Below are positions 35,018 to 46,009 of a DNA stretch of 64,000 nt, in pieces. Position 1 is the first letter of the stretch. Each line of letters starts with the position of its first letter. This DNA comes from Dicyema japonicum. Lineage: Eukaryota; Animalia; Dicyemida. The position numbers were made by a program, and so were the translations under genes. The stretch lies in NCBI GenBank assembly GCA_011109175.1, contig RDEW01000001.1, forward strand, positions 2,173,485-2,237,484. The letters run 5' to 3'. A model generated the notes under the pieces. It ran no database searches. It worked only from the letters and a program-made list of their open reading frames with translations, and had not been told where the DNA came from.

Positions 35018-36545
35018 TATTATTATTATTATTTAAGCCAAAGAAACACCGTCTTAACCAATAACTAATATTCAGGTGATCCCGGCATCTCTCAATAATC
35101 GGGCCATTTTTTCTCGACGCTCCGACTGTGATCCCACGCATTTTCTATACGGACGGGGGTCTTTTTCCTTTTCTCTTCTGAAATTGCCTCAGTTGCCTCT
35201 ATGATAGACTCGAGTGCTCTGGGGCATTGTTCTTTGTTATCTTCGTATTCTGGGTTCTTCAGACGCCTCAACATCTTCCACATGTTGGAAATTGAGGTCT
35301 GGTTATTCATGGCAGCAGAGATTCGCATGAGTTTCTTCCTTTGGGTGTTGTTTGTGCTTTTCGTGATAAGAATGTTTAGTGACCTGATTCGATTAATAAC
35401 CTCTCGTGAACGATGTATCATTTTCTTAAGGTTGTTTCTTTCCATAATTATTTTCCTTGTTTTTGAGTCGTATTTCAATTTTTCGTTTTTTATATATGCT
35501 TTTCTGATAAAAATATTTCTTCCGTCAATGATTATTTTGTTGAAATAGTATACAGCTTTGTCTATGGAGGAGAAATTTTCAGATTGGAAATGTTGCAGTT
35601 TTGAATCAACGAAATTTGTAAAGCCAGTCCAATTTGCATTTTTGTAATCATAGAAATGAATAGGCTTCGGTACAAAGCGTGGCTCGCAGTTCAGCTTCAT
35701 TAACATTGAATGGTGGTCGCTCCGGAGGTCATAACGGACCGTCCAATTAATGATCGTGGAAAGACGAGGTGAGCAGACGGATAAGTCCGGAGATGTCACC
35801 ATGTCCTTCGTGTTGTATGGTGTCCTAGTGTTCTTTTCGGGTTGTTGATGATTATTAAGTTTTGCATTTGGGATAATAGCAGGTTTCCTCTGTTATCAGC
35901 GGATTGGTAGCGGAACCAAGAAGGGTGCTTCGCATTAAGGTCTCCACATAAAAGCAAGTTCTCCAGTTTGTCCAAGGTAGATAGGTCAAAGGAGAAATTT
36001 TTCTTGCAGGAGCCAGGAGGAGGAACATAAACATTCGCAATTTCAATTTTTCCAATGGAAGTTATAACAGAGATTCCAATTATCTCCGTGTTCGAGTCTT
36101 CCATTAAGCTCTTGTAAAGAGAAGGGTTCTCGAGGTATTTTATTCCTTTTCTCACAAGAGTCAGTAGACCCCCTCCTTGACCAGATGGGCGGTCGGATCT
36201 TACTGTGTTGTATCCGTTAAAGAGAGGAGTAGGAATGTTATTTGAAAGTTTCGTTTCCTGGAGAAGGCAGATGTCCACTCTGTTCCTCTCCAAGAATAAG
36301 GAAAGTTCGGCAATTTTTCCTCTGATCCCGTTTATGTTTAAGCTTTGGATTGTTAACTTCTTTGGGCCTGGGTTTTGTTCCACGTCTCCTGAGGTCAACA
36401 GTCTCAATCGATAGAATGTTCCAACAGTGAGAGAATGCCGTCCAGTGGGAAGTCCTCTGGTTGGTAGAGAGCAAATGGTTCTTTTTAGATATAGTTTAGG
36501 ACTATATCCGACGCCACCAGAAACGGTGAACCACATGACGCACGC
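35018..36545 (-). mobile_element. Ingi/Vingi-like LINE with 5' pseudoknot, 2A peptide and APE; RT deleted; 3' tail present
   Basis: ORF 35796-36536 has LLTSGDVEQNPGP then APE (SLNINGI, CLLQETKL, GGGLL, ANVYVPP, LLCGDLNAKH). A 1-nt frameshift leads to ORF 35092-35802 (SPDLS, SDH), which jumps to the C-terminus. It ends with CCGGGATCACC and a (TAA)n tail. Confidence 0.9.
36476..36541 (-). ncRNA. Putative HDV-like self-cleaving ribozyme at the element 5' end (copy 1)
   Basis: GCGUCA UG UGGUUC ACC GUUUCU GGU GGCGU CGG AUAUAG UCCUAAA CUAUAU CUAAAAA GAACCA folds as P1/P2/P3/P4 and covaries with 55149-55210. Confidence 0.65.
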
Positions 36546-36757
36546 TAAATATATTAGTATATAAATTAAATATGCATATTCAGATAATTTAATAAGTATT
36601 AAAGATGTTACATTACATTTTATATAATAATCAACAATATTAAATTGAATTAATTTAAATATTTATCATCGCTTCTTTGCTTTACGTGTGTTCACCAACA
36701 TTAAATCATATCATAAGCTTATTAATTATCTAATTATCCTACAATAAAATAGTTTAA

Positions 36758-38126
36758 ATGACAACTAAAAGAGAATTTATCACGAAATCAACCTCTCCCA
36801 GGTTATGGCTCGTATTTATTTTAGGTCTCAAAAGAGGATCTCAAACAGCAGCGAGGAAATTGTCGATCTCGTAAAAGCCGAGTCATTCTCTGAAGTCAGA
36901 CTAAAAGCTGCTAAATCTTTGGAGAAAGTTATGAGGGAACGTTGCGAAGGACCACAATATGATTATCCGGTGATCGCTAGGGAGATTGAGACAGCCCTGT
37001 TTGACCTTATGGGAGACACTGGACAAAAATATTTTACTAAACTTCGTTCCCTCGTATTTAACATGCGAGATAAGTCAAATACAGTATTAGTGAGGTCTCC
37101 GAGTTAGGTCTTATTTGAACGAGGTCATTAATGGGATATATCCCCCAGTGAACTGGCTGAAATGACCACAGCTCAGATGGCGAGCAAGGAATTGACTGAA
37201 TGGAGAAGCAGAAACATTGATAATGTGAGATAGTTAGGTCACGTGAGTAGAACCTGAACAGGATTAAGCAAATGAGTGAGGTTACGACCCCCAATGTAAA
37301 GATAACCCACAAGGGTGAGGTTCCGTTGGGTGATGAAGACATGAATGTGTTCAATGAATAATGAGGACGTAATATCACGTGCTGTGACCCCTCCATTACA
37401 AGATGAGCCAGAATACGAGGTAAAGGTGGTCCCGGGTGAATTCAACGGCCTTTATTCTTTCCAGAGTGAGCTGAGGGAACTCGAACGGGTCAGAGAGGAG
37501 ACTGAGCTAATGTTGAATGTCAGTGAGTTATGTCCCCTACCAGAAGAGCACCTTTGGGATGGCTACATCAGTATGGAAGACAGTTTCCATTTCCAGACAG
37601 TCATGACCCCCATATCGGGAGCTGAAGCTACTATGGTCCCGAAGGAGGTTGTTTTTTTGTTTATTTCAGATGATGCCACCCAATCTAGAAGTGTGTGGGC
37701 GGATTCAGTCGCAGCATGCCTTTGATTACATTCGCACGTGTCTGAACTCTCGCAGGAAGGTTTGTTGATGGTTTATTGCAGGAGTTGGTGGTTTTCAATT
37801 TGAAGTCACTCCACAGAGAGGATGATTTCAAGGTTGAGGAGTTTTCGAAATATTTGGCTTCTAAGGATCGCTTGGCCGTGATTGGGAAGCTGTCTCTCCC
37901 ATTGACTGATTTGTATATCTCACCATATCCATTAGAATCGGCGGATCAACTTATTAGTACTGTTTATGGAAGATCTGGTTGGTTTTTTGTGATATTTGTA
38001 GTCGAGGGTGGGCCTCTGATTGTGTTTGGTCTTGTGAGGAGTACTGTTATGCCGTATGTCCCCAAACCAAAGTACCAGAGATACGAGTTTAGTGGAGTTT
38101 CTAATAGTCCTAAATTTAGTCCATAA
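36758..38126 (+). CDS. TFIIS-M + SPOC domain protein (PHF3/DIDO/SPOCD1-like); one in-frame TAA in this sequence
   Basis: AREIETALF...KYFTKLRSLVFNMRDKSN...ISPSELAEMTTAQMASKELTEWR (TFIIS-M); LWDGYISM...LEVCGRI...RLAVI...DLYISP (SPOC); 23-26 nt introns. Confidence 0.75.
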
Positions 38127-38859
38127 ATATTTTGTAATAATTATAGTCTTGATGCTTCATAGCTTATTATTTTGAGATATTTTCATTGATAGCTAACGTT
38201 TATAGGATAATTACGATGCCCACTTTACCGAACAGAGGGAATTAAACAAATACTAACCCACTTCTTTTCTTTGGAGCGGTTGGAAGAAGTGGTAAATCAA
38301 TAAAATAATTAATGCAATCGCTAAGCGACTTAGAGACATCCCGGAGATGGTTCTCTCAGCTCTTTGAATCGCCATCGTCCGCGACAATGTTTACTGTCTT
38401 TTTGCAGTTTGTTTCTGATTTTCTTGTATTTTTAACAAACATTGTAATGACTATGTAAATGTGTTTTTCTATATAAATTTATTATAATTAAAAATATGCA
38501 AGTTGATATATTTTTATATTCTGTGTTATAGAACGAGGTGGTAGAATCGATATAATCTGACAGATTAAAATCAATATTTTGGGAAACATTTAGTCAACTT
38601 TTAATTATATGCTGTAAAGTGAAGGAATTTGTATTATAGAGAAAATTATTAATCACTAACACCAGTTTCGTTTGCTCACAGATAATGTGTTCATGTAGAA
38701 TGTAATTTTTCTGTTAGTCTGTTATCATTCTACATTTGGTTAAGGATGTTTTCCATTAAGATTTTTAGGAACTTTATGGATAATCCTTCTCAATAGTTTC
38801 AGTAGTTTTTTAACAAAAAATTATTTATTAAAGTCTTTTAATTAAGATGCTATCCCATG

Positions 38860-39410
38860 GAGTGATGTGACGAATAGGGGGAGAGAATGGTTCTTTTTCA
38901 TTGGTACTGGGCGCCCCCAAAATAGAAGAACCATCCGCCATGATAACAATAAATTTACAAAAAGACTCCAGAAGTTGAATGTCCTCAAGGTAATTGTTGT
39001 GAAGAGCCTGTTCCCAGTAGAAGATGGAATACGCATAACATTGCCTTCGCTATAGAATATGACTGTGGTTCACGGAATTATACACTCTCAGCGTCGTTTT
39101 TGGACAAAATTGACTATACACGAAAAGTCTCAACGCTTTTTTACAGAGTCGAACAGATCATACTGTCGAAACCATCAGACGAAGGAATGGCCGCGGATTC
39201 CTTCGGTTCTGCCAAGAAAAAAGGAATTCATTATGTTCATTCGTGGCGCGATCTCAAAATGGACGACCTCTCCACAGAAATCTGCTCACGTCGACTTCAT
39301 GTGTAGGCACAAGCGCAGACAGCGGTGGGGTCCCTCGATAAGCAAGAATGAAAATTGCAAGGGTGATAAAGGGAACCGGAATCACCTAATTAGTTCGGTT
39401 ACAAGAACTG
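38860..39410 (+). mobile_element. Family A LINE 3' fragment
   Basis: LQKLNVLK... and terminal CCGGAATCACCTAATTAG at about 39376. Confidence 0.55.
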
Positions 39411-40129
39411 TTTGAGCGAGGCACGTCCTGCTCTCTTTCAGTAAAACATCGGATGTAGGCCTTGCTGTCGACGTTCCCTCCACATCGAAGCTGTATCACT
39501 GGCATACATTCAATCCGATGAGAACAGGTTGATAGGCAACTCTTTTAGTCAGAGTTAAATTGGCATCCAATTTTTATAAGTGAAGGTGAACCACATCCAA
39601 ATTTATCCGAAGTTTGTGAAACCGCGGTTATCTAACTAACTATGTTTCCATGGTCGCAGAAGAAACAAGACAGGTCCCTAAAGCATACTAAAGTCTATCC
39701 ACATCCAAACTGTTGAGATTCTTAGAAAATGATCCAATGGAGTATGGAGAGCAAATGATCCTTCATTCACGCTAATTGAAAGAAGGAAGAAAAAACAGAG
39801 CATAGAAAGAGAACCTTTAGGGATTTAAACTAAGGACCATCGGTACAAGTATGAAATCCTAGCCACTTAGCTACCTGATCGGTTGTATTTACTTTATTTA
39901 ACAGTAGAACCAAAATAATTATCGATCCCGATTCGTTCTAATAGAAATCAGTGGTATAAACCAGTAATTCTCAACGAGGGGAGAATCTCCCCTTTTGGGC
40001 GATTTTTCTGACAAGGAGGCGTTGGTGCTCGAAGAGCTCAATGTCATATGAAAAATTAAAGACACATAAATAATCGAGTCTTATTTTATTTATATTATAT
40101 TAAAACTACAACATTTATATTATATTTTA

Positions 40130-40370
40130 ATTATTATTATTGAACCAGAAAAACACTGTCATATTCAAAATAAACATATTCAGGTGATCCCGGATTCCCT
40201 CAACGGTTTTTGCATTTTTTTCTCGGTGTTCCGACTTCGTTCCTGCGCATTTCCGATATGGATGTGGTCCGCATACTCGAGTCCTTCGCAGGGGTACTGT
40301 TCCAGTCGCCTCTATCATATTTTCAAGGTTTCTTGCGAGGATGTCCACACGAGAAGATTTCCTTAGTAGG
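40130..40370 (-). mobile_element. Family A LINE 3' fragment
   Basis: Homologous to 35030-35200; CCGGGATCACCTGAATA...GTGTTTTTCTGG...(TAA)n. Confidence 0.7.
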
Positions 40371-40573
40371 TTTGCTGCAAGGTTAGATCCCCAGACATTA
40401 CATCCGTATCCTATTGTAGACTCGATTAACTGTTTGTATATGACATCCAGTCCTGATTCAATAATATTTCATTTAAATTATTAGCATGATTTCTAATACT
40501 TCGTGATGAGTCTTGTTTAAAAAAAGTTATAACCTATAAAGAGGAATATATTTTTTTTGGATTTATTAGAAAT

Positions 40574-43500
40574 TATTATTATTATTATTTAAAGCACTCC
40601 CGAGAAGTCATAAAATTAATCAAGCCTCCCTTGTGCCGTATTTCTAGCCATCCTCTCTATCAGCCTTTTCCAGGACCCTCTACTTCGTGCCAGTTCCCTT
40701 AAGGTATCTAGGTCGTCTGCGGAAGTGAGCTTCAGTCCCACAGCCGACAGGTCTCCATTCAAAATAGTTGGGAGTGTGACTCTTGGTCTTCCACGGAAAC
40801 CGGCTCCCGTATGCATTAGGTAGTTTTCCATGGCGATATTCGCGGGTACTTGAGCATTTAGACGTAAGATATGTCCAAAGAGACTCCATCTTGATCTGAA
40901 GATCTCCTCGGATAGTATACCAGATTTGCACTTCGAGTAGAGGTCATTGTTTGAGATCTTCTTAGGCCACTTGATCTTGATTACTGATTTCAATTGTGTC
41001 CTGTGGAAAGCGTCAAGACGGTCCATCTCTTGTTTAGAGATTCCCCAAGTGCCTGAATTGTAGGTCAGGACGGGGATGACAAAAGCCTTATATATTCTGA
41101 GTTTGGTGTTTAATCCCATCCTCTTCTTATGACCCCACATATTCGATACTTTCTTTAGTGCACACATTGCGAGGATTTTCCTCCGAGAAACATCTTCTGA
41201 GTCCCCGAGAAGCGAACCCACCTTCTTTTGCTTTCTCCAAGACTCGTCCGATCTTCGATCATTGCGTGTAAGTGTTGTGAACTCTGTTTTATCGGTGTTA
41301 ACGGTTAAGAACCATTTCGAGAATACGTGTGGAAGAACGTTAAGCATGTGTTGAAGTACTTGAATATCCTCAGAAACAAAGTCCAGGTCGTCCGCGTAGA
41401 TTATCTCGTTATAATTGTTGCCAACCAGGGGTCTGAACTCTCTTAGTGCGGCCTCAAGGTAGACAATAAAGAGGACCGGGGATAGTGAGTCCCCCTGTGG
41501 AACTCCACGTGAGGTCGAAAAAAAGTTAGAGGTAGAGTCACCAATTTTGACGGCAAGTTGAGTGTTCCGCATGAGTAAGTGTATTATTTTGACATCGTCA
41601 GGCAGTAGAAAACTCTCCAACACTTCCATAAGTTTTCCACGGTCCACCGAGTCGAACGCACGGGACATGTCGATACCAAGTATCTCAATAGATTTTTTGT
41701 ATTTTTGGCACAGGGCACAATACCACCTGTGCCCCCATACCACGTCAGCCGTGGACCTGCCCGTCCGGAATCCACTTTGGCCGTCCGAAAGAAATATGTT
41801 CACCCTCTCCTTTATTCGGTTTAAAGCAATGAGGGATAATGTTTTTCGTATGGAGGTTAGGAGTATAATAGGTCTGAAGTTGTGAGGGGGGCCTTTACTT
41901 TTTCCCGGTTTTTGTAGTGGAATTAGCCACCCTTTTCCCAGTTCCAGTTCATCTGCACCCTCGAGAGACCGGTTGAAAATGTTAGTAATCATTTCAATTA
42001 GCTCCTCCGGGCCGTATTGTAAAAGTTCTGCAGTAATGAAGTCTGGTCCGGCAGATCTTCCGGTATTTAATTTTTTAATAGCTTGTTGAGTTTCGGATAT
42101 GGTAATAGGGCTAGTTAGAGTGTACTTGTAAGACTTCCGAGATTTCATTGCTTGGTCAGCCGCGTCCTGTTTGTTGAACATAAGGTCAAAATGGGATGCC
42201 AGAACGTTTGCTTTGTTAATGGTCCCGATAACGTCGTGACCAAGGTTGTCATGGACAGTTAACGAAATTGGACAGTTTTCTCTGCTAAGAAGCCGGATTG
42301 CTTTGAACATTCTTGGTCCGTTCTTGTACTTTAATATGTCTGAGATTTTCTCCTCAGCTTCATTTTTGGCAAGGAATCTTTGTATTTGTTTGATCTTCGT
42401 TAAGACTCTCCCTCTCTGGGTGCGCAGTACTTTGATATCTTCCGGAGCGTTTGTGTTTTCCATCCGGAGTCTGAGCTCTTTCTGTGTTACAGAGAGTTGT
42501 CCGATATCCGGATTACATTGTTTGTGACGAGATTTGGTGATGTGACCAAGCACACTAAAGGCTGTGTTTTGGATAGCAACCACTATTTCATCCCATAAGC
42601 TGTTTGTCGGCTGATTTTGGTTAATACTGTTGATGCTATCTCTCAGAACTGCACTATAACGACATTTGGTGGATTCTTCGTAGCGTAACCTCTCAGTGTC
42701 GAAACGTACTGAGGTAAGGCCTTTGTGTTTCCCGTGTATTCCATGGATTCTTTTAAGTACTAGCCGGGCGACCACAAGTTTATGATCGCTACTTGTTTCA
42801 AGTCCACCGTAAGATCTCGAGTCCTGTAGGAGGGCCTTCTGATGTTGCTTGCAGATAATATAGTCGATCTGATTGTATATATTGACTGTGTTTCCAGATT
42901 TGCCTTTTCTGGTACCAACCCACGTGGTCCTGTGTCTTGCCGGGTGCTTGAAACAAGTGTTGCATATGAGTAGGTTGAATGCCGTGCAAAATTGTATTAA
43001 TGCCTCTCCGGGGATGTTACGGCGGTTTCTACCGTGGGATCCAATACACGTTTCACCAGGTCTTGCTTTTCCGGCCCTGGCGTTCCAGTCCCCGGCGATA
43101 AAAAGAAAGTAAGAGGATGAAAGTGAGTTGTACACACTTGTGAGAGTAGAGTAAAACGTATCCAGTTCTTCGATATTCGTTGATACACGTGCTCCGGTTG
43201 GGGCATATACATTTATGATGGAGATCACTGAGTTGAGTTTGTTTCCGCATTTGATTTGTAACACCGCGACACGGTCAGATACTGCCCATACTCTTGAGAC
43301 ACAGTGAAACAAGTGCCGATGAACAGCAAATCCGAGCCCATAGTGCCTGCAGTCTGGTGTGAGGGTCAAAAGGTAAAAATTCTGAAACAGTTCTGCAGAT
43401 TGTTCGGTTATTTTCGTCTCTTGCAGACAACAGACAGAGATGTTGTATTTACTCAGATCACGCGCCAATTGTTGTTTCTTGTAGCACTGATTGAGGCCTC

Positions 43501-43584
43501 GGCAGTTGAGGGATCCAAGAGTGAGGGGAGAAACTGGTAAGCAATACGAAGAAGACATAGTGCAAGTAGAGGGACGTCACCACC
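40574..43584 (-). mobile_element. Intact full-length RTE-like LINE (family B), 3011 bp, with 12-bp TSD
   Basis: Perfect TTTATTAGAAAT at 40562-40573 and 43585-43596; single uninterrupted ORF; (TAA)n tail. Confidence 0.95.
40616..43558 (-). CDS. APE endonuclease-reverse transcriptase polyprotein (980 aa)
   Basis: LNCRGL, CLQETK, INVYAPT, AGDWNA, QIDYI, SDH (APE); FRPIILL, QSGFR, IDMSRAFDSV, GVPQGDSLSP, YADD (RT); VLTYNSGTW, LFGHILR, RGRP (RTE C-terminus). Confidence 0.95.
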   Translation of the reverse strand: MSSSYCLPVSPLTLGSLNCRGLNQCYKKQQLARDLSKYNISVCCLQETKITEQSAELFQNFYLLTLTPDCRHYGLGFAVHRHLFHCVSRVWAVSDRVAVLQIKCGNKLNSVISIINVYAPTGARVSTNIEELDTFYSTLTSVYNSLSSSYFLFIAGDWNARAGKARPGETCIGSHGRNRRNIPGEALIQFCTAFNLLICNTCFKHPARHRTTWVGTRKGKSGNTVNIYNQIDYIICKQHQKALLQDSRSYGGLETSSDHKLVVARLVLKRIHGIHGKHKGLTSVRFDTERLRYEESTKCRYSAVLRDSINSINQNQPTNSLWDEIVVAIQNTAFSVLGHITKSRHKQCNPDIGQLSVTQKELRLRMENTNAPEDIKVLRTQRGRVLTKIKQIQRFLAKNEAEEKISDILKYKNGPRMFKAIRLLSRENCPISLTVHDNLGHDVIGTINKANVLASHFDLMFNKQDAADQAMKSRKSYKYTLTSPITISETQQAIKKLNTGRSAGPDFITAELLQYGPEELIEMITNIFNRSLEGADELELGKGWLIPLQKPGKSKGPPHNFRPIILLTSIRKTLSLIALNRIKERVNIFLSDGQSGFRTGRSTADVVWGHRWYCALCQKYKKSIEILGIDMSRAFDSVDRGKLMEVLESFLLPDDVKIIHLLMRNTQLAVKIGDSTSNFFSTSRGVPQGDSLSPVLFIVYLEAALREFRPLVGNNYNEIIYADDLDFVSEDIQVLQHMLNVLPHVFSKWFLTVNTDKTEFTTLTRNDRRSDESWRKQKKVGSLLGDSEDVSRRKILAMCALKKVSNMWGHKKRMGLNTKLRIYKAFVIPVLTYNSGTWGISKQEMDRLDAFHRTQLKSVIKIKWPKKISNNDLYSKCKSGILSEEIFRSRWSLFGHILRLNAQVPANIAMENYLMHTGAGFRGRPRVTLPTILNGDLSAVGLKLTSADDLDTLRELARSRGSWKRLIERMARNTAQGRLD

Positions 43585-44751
43585 TTTATTAGAAATCCTC
43601 AGATTTTCATAAACCGCTTTGTTTGCAATGTGGGACAGTGTTTTCCAATGAGGTAATGAAGCGCTTAATCAAACATTTAAAGCGTAAACATCCCAACTCA
43701 ATTGGAAAAAAACAGAAATTTTTTTGAATTAAAAAAGAATTATGAAAATAAAAAAACTATAACTTTTCGTTTTAACAAAAGCATATTTCAAAAAGTTTCT
43801 GGATTATTTTATTCATACAAAGTTGCAGAGATAATTGCAAAAACAGGTTTTACAAATTGCTAGCATCTATGTTCGGTGAAGAACTAGCCAGAAACTTTTG
43901 AATCCAAGACTTTGAAGCGCTTTAGTTGATTCCCCGTCAGGGATATTTTGATGCGGGATGGAGTATCCTCAATTTAGACCTATGAAGTCATCATGTCGGA
44001 TGAGACAATGGCTTCGATGATATACTCAATTTTACAAAAACTGTGGATAAACACTGAAGAAAGTATAATTGAATAACATGACGCAAGTCTTGTGGAACGA
44101 GAATTGATAAAGAACAGATAATAAAAAGTAATTGCCTCTTGTGGTAATGTATATTTTTTAGTCACATTATTATTTCATTATTGATCAAAGTTTTATCAAA
44201 TAAATCCTTTACTAATCAATTCTTTACGTAGCTTTAAATCATAGAGAAATTTTGTAAATGTCAAATTTATTATATATTTTCCAATTTTTATTTCATATTT
44301 TGGAGTTTCACTGAAAATTATTGATTTTACGAACATTAATTCTCCATTAATGAAGTCGGAAGACAAGTAGAAATAGTCACAAGGTCTAACTTCTAAATAC
44401 CTTTGAGTATGGGAAAAATATCATCAGGAAAAACGTAACAAAATAAATGTACAAGAAAGAGGAGATATAAGGATTGCACTTACGAAAAGAAAGGCAAATT
44501 TAGAGAATGTTGTGAATACTCATATACCACAGGGATCTCATTAAAACTATGATTTTTAAATAAAAAAATATTTCTTAGATAATTTCTGTACGTGAAAATA
44601 ACTTTTTGAGTTGTGAAATAAGGGGCGAAAAAAATTGCGGGGGCGATTAAATAAAAAGGTCGAGAACCACTGGTATAAACCATGGAATATAGCACTTTAT
44701 TATGAGCGGTAAATAATTGAAAAATAAATTGAAAACAATAACATTATTAAC

Positions 44752-45480
44752 TTAAAAGAAATGTGATATCAAACAACAGCACTCTTCTAATACCGAAGGT
44801 CGGGTTTCAAAGATGCCAGGTTTTATCCGTTTGAAAATTATTTCCCGAGTCTTCAAGTCAGGTTGCATGGGGACATCTCCAACTAGTTTAAGGAAGTGTT
44901 GGGAGACGCAAAGTGGTTGTGACTCCAGGACAAGCTTCTCACAGTCACATTTCGGCAAAATGGGAGAGCTAAGAGTCCACGCTGTGCAATCTCGCTTTAT
45001 TTTCATCAACTGCGGGCATTCAAAGCTTGGCTCCTTCAGATTAACAAACAGATCCCCCTCAGGGAACAAATCTGACTGAGATAATGGAAGATAAGCCATA
45101 CTAAGGTCATCGTTTACTGAGCACGTGTTAAATGACTCGAATTTAAAACTATTTTTCTTGACTTTCGTTGAAAATAATGAATTTATTAAGCACGGAAACG
45201 TCTCTGGAAGATTGAAGGGTACAATTTTAGTCCGGGCAATTTGATAGTCAGATTTAAAGCACGTGAGAGATAAAATTTGCTCATCTAAGTCTTCAAAATA
45301 CACTGAATTCAATATTTTAGAAAATTTTTCACTTTCAAAGATGGCAGACTGTCTGGTTTCTGAGGAATGGGGAACTTAACTTTGATTGGCGAGAATTTGG
45401 TTGCGATGGAGAAAATTTTGTAAGTAGTCTTGTGCAATTTGGAATAATGTAATTTCGATAGGTTAATAGGGATTTTATGA
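44752..45480 (-). CDS. Hypothetical protein, 5' end unresolved
   Basis: 186-aa ORF extendable upstream through a 21-nt GT-AG intron (gttaagttccccattcctcag); no family recognised. Confidence 0.45.
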
Positions 45481-45652
45481 ACAGTAATTTATTGACATTT
45501 TGATCTTTCTTTGAATAATAAAGAAATCGAGACATACCACAGGAAAGCAAATTTTAGACGAAAAAACCCTCCTATATATAAAAAATTTATTATATAATTA
45601 TTAAAATAAATAAGAAAAAAAAGTATTTTAAAATAATTCATATGTCCTTGTC

Positions 45653-46009
45653 ATGCGCTTTAAAAATATGCCAAAATTGTTTTTCAACACTCTCCCAATC
45701 AGAGGGCGGCATTACTTCAAACAGAATATGCGAGACGAGCACCGCAGAGTTTGTGTATCCTTGTTTGGAAAAGACCGGGTCCGTCTTAATGCCATTAGGA
45801 AGAACCGTGTACTACCTGACTCCCTGAAAGAGCAGGCGACATACGACTTGAAACAACTCCCTACGAATTCCAACTACATTCGTCTTCGCCAGCGTTGTGT
45901 TTGGACAGGACGTCCTCACGTGGTCTCACCATTCAAAGTTAATCGAACGATCTTCCGATTACTCGCGGATTACAATCACCTCTCGGGAGTTACTCGTTCC
46001 ATGTGGTGA
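45653..46009 (+). CDS. MRPS14: Mitochondrial ribosomal protein S14 (uS14m), intronless
   Basis: MRDEHRR...RVRLNAIRKNRVLP...LPTNSNYIRLRQRCVWTGRP...IFRLLADYNHLSGVTRSMW*. Confidence 0.92.
   Translation: MRFKNMPKLFFNTLPIRGRHYFKQNMRDEHRRVCVSLFGKDRVRLNAIRKNRVLPDSLKEQATYDLKQLPTNSNYIRLRQRCVWTGRPHVVSPFKVNRTIFRLLADYNHLSGVTRSMW

Larger units (their letters stand above)
40510..44672 (+). mobile_element. hAT (Charlie/ZBED5-like) relic interrupted by the intact RTE element
   Basis: Removing the RTE joins EEYIFFGFI to KPLCLQCGTVFSNEVMK...KHLKRKH (BED finger). C-terminal KRNKINVQERGDIRIALT; Charlie-type TIR GTCGAGAACCACTG at about 44659-44672 followed by GTATAAAC. Confidence 0.65.

Noticed and set aside
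39745-39765. Third ribozyme copy (GAAGGATCATTTGCTCTCC on the minus strand)
   Set aside because: Only the P2' strand and downstream motif remain; the upstream helices are absent, so it is at best a truncated relic.
43500-43584. Possible HDV-like fold at the 5' end of the intact RTE
   Set aside because: The candidate P2 partner is not conserved in the 27641 copy and P1 is weak.
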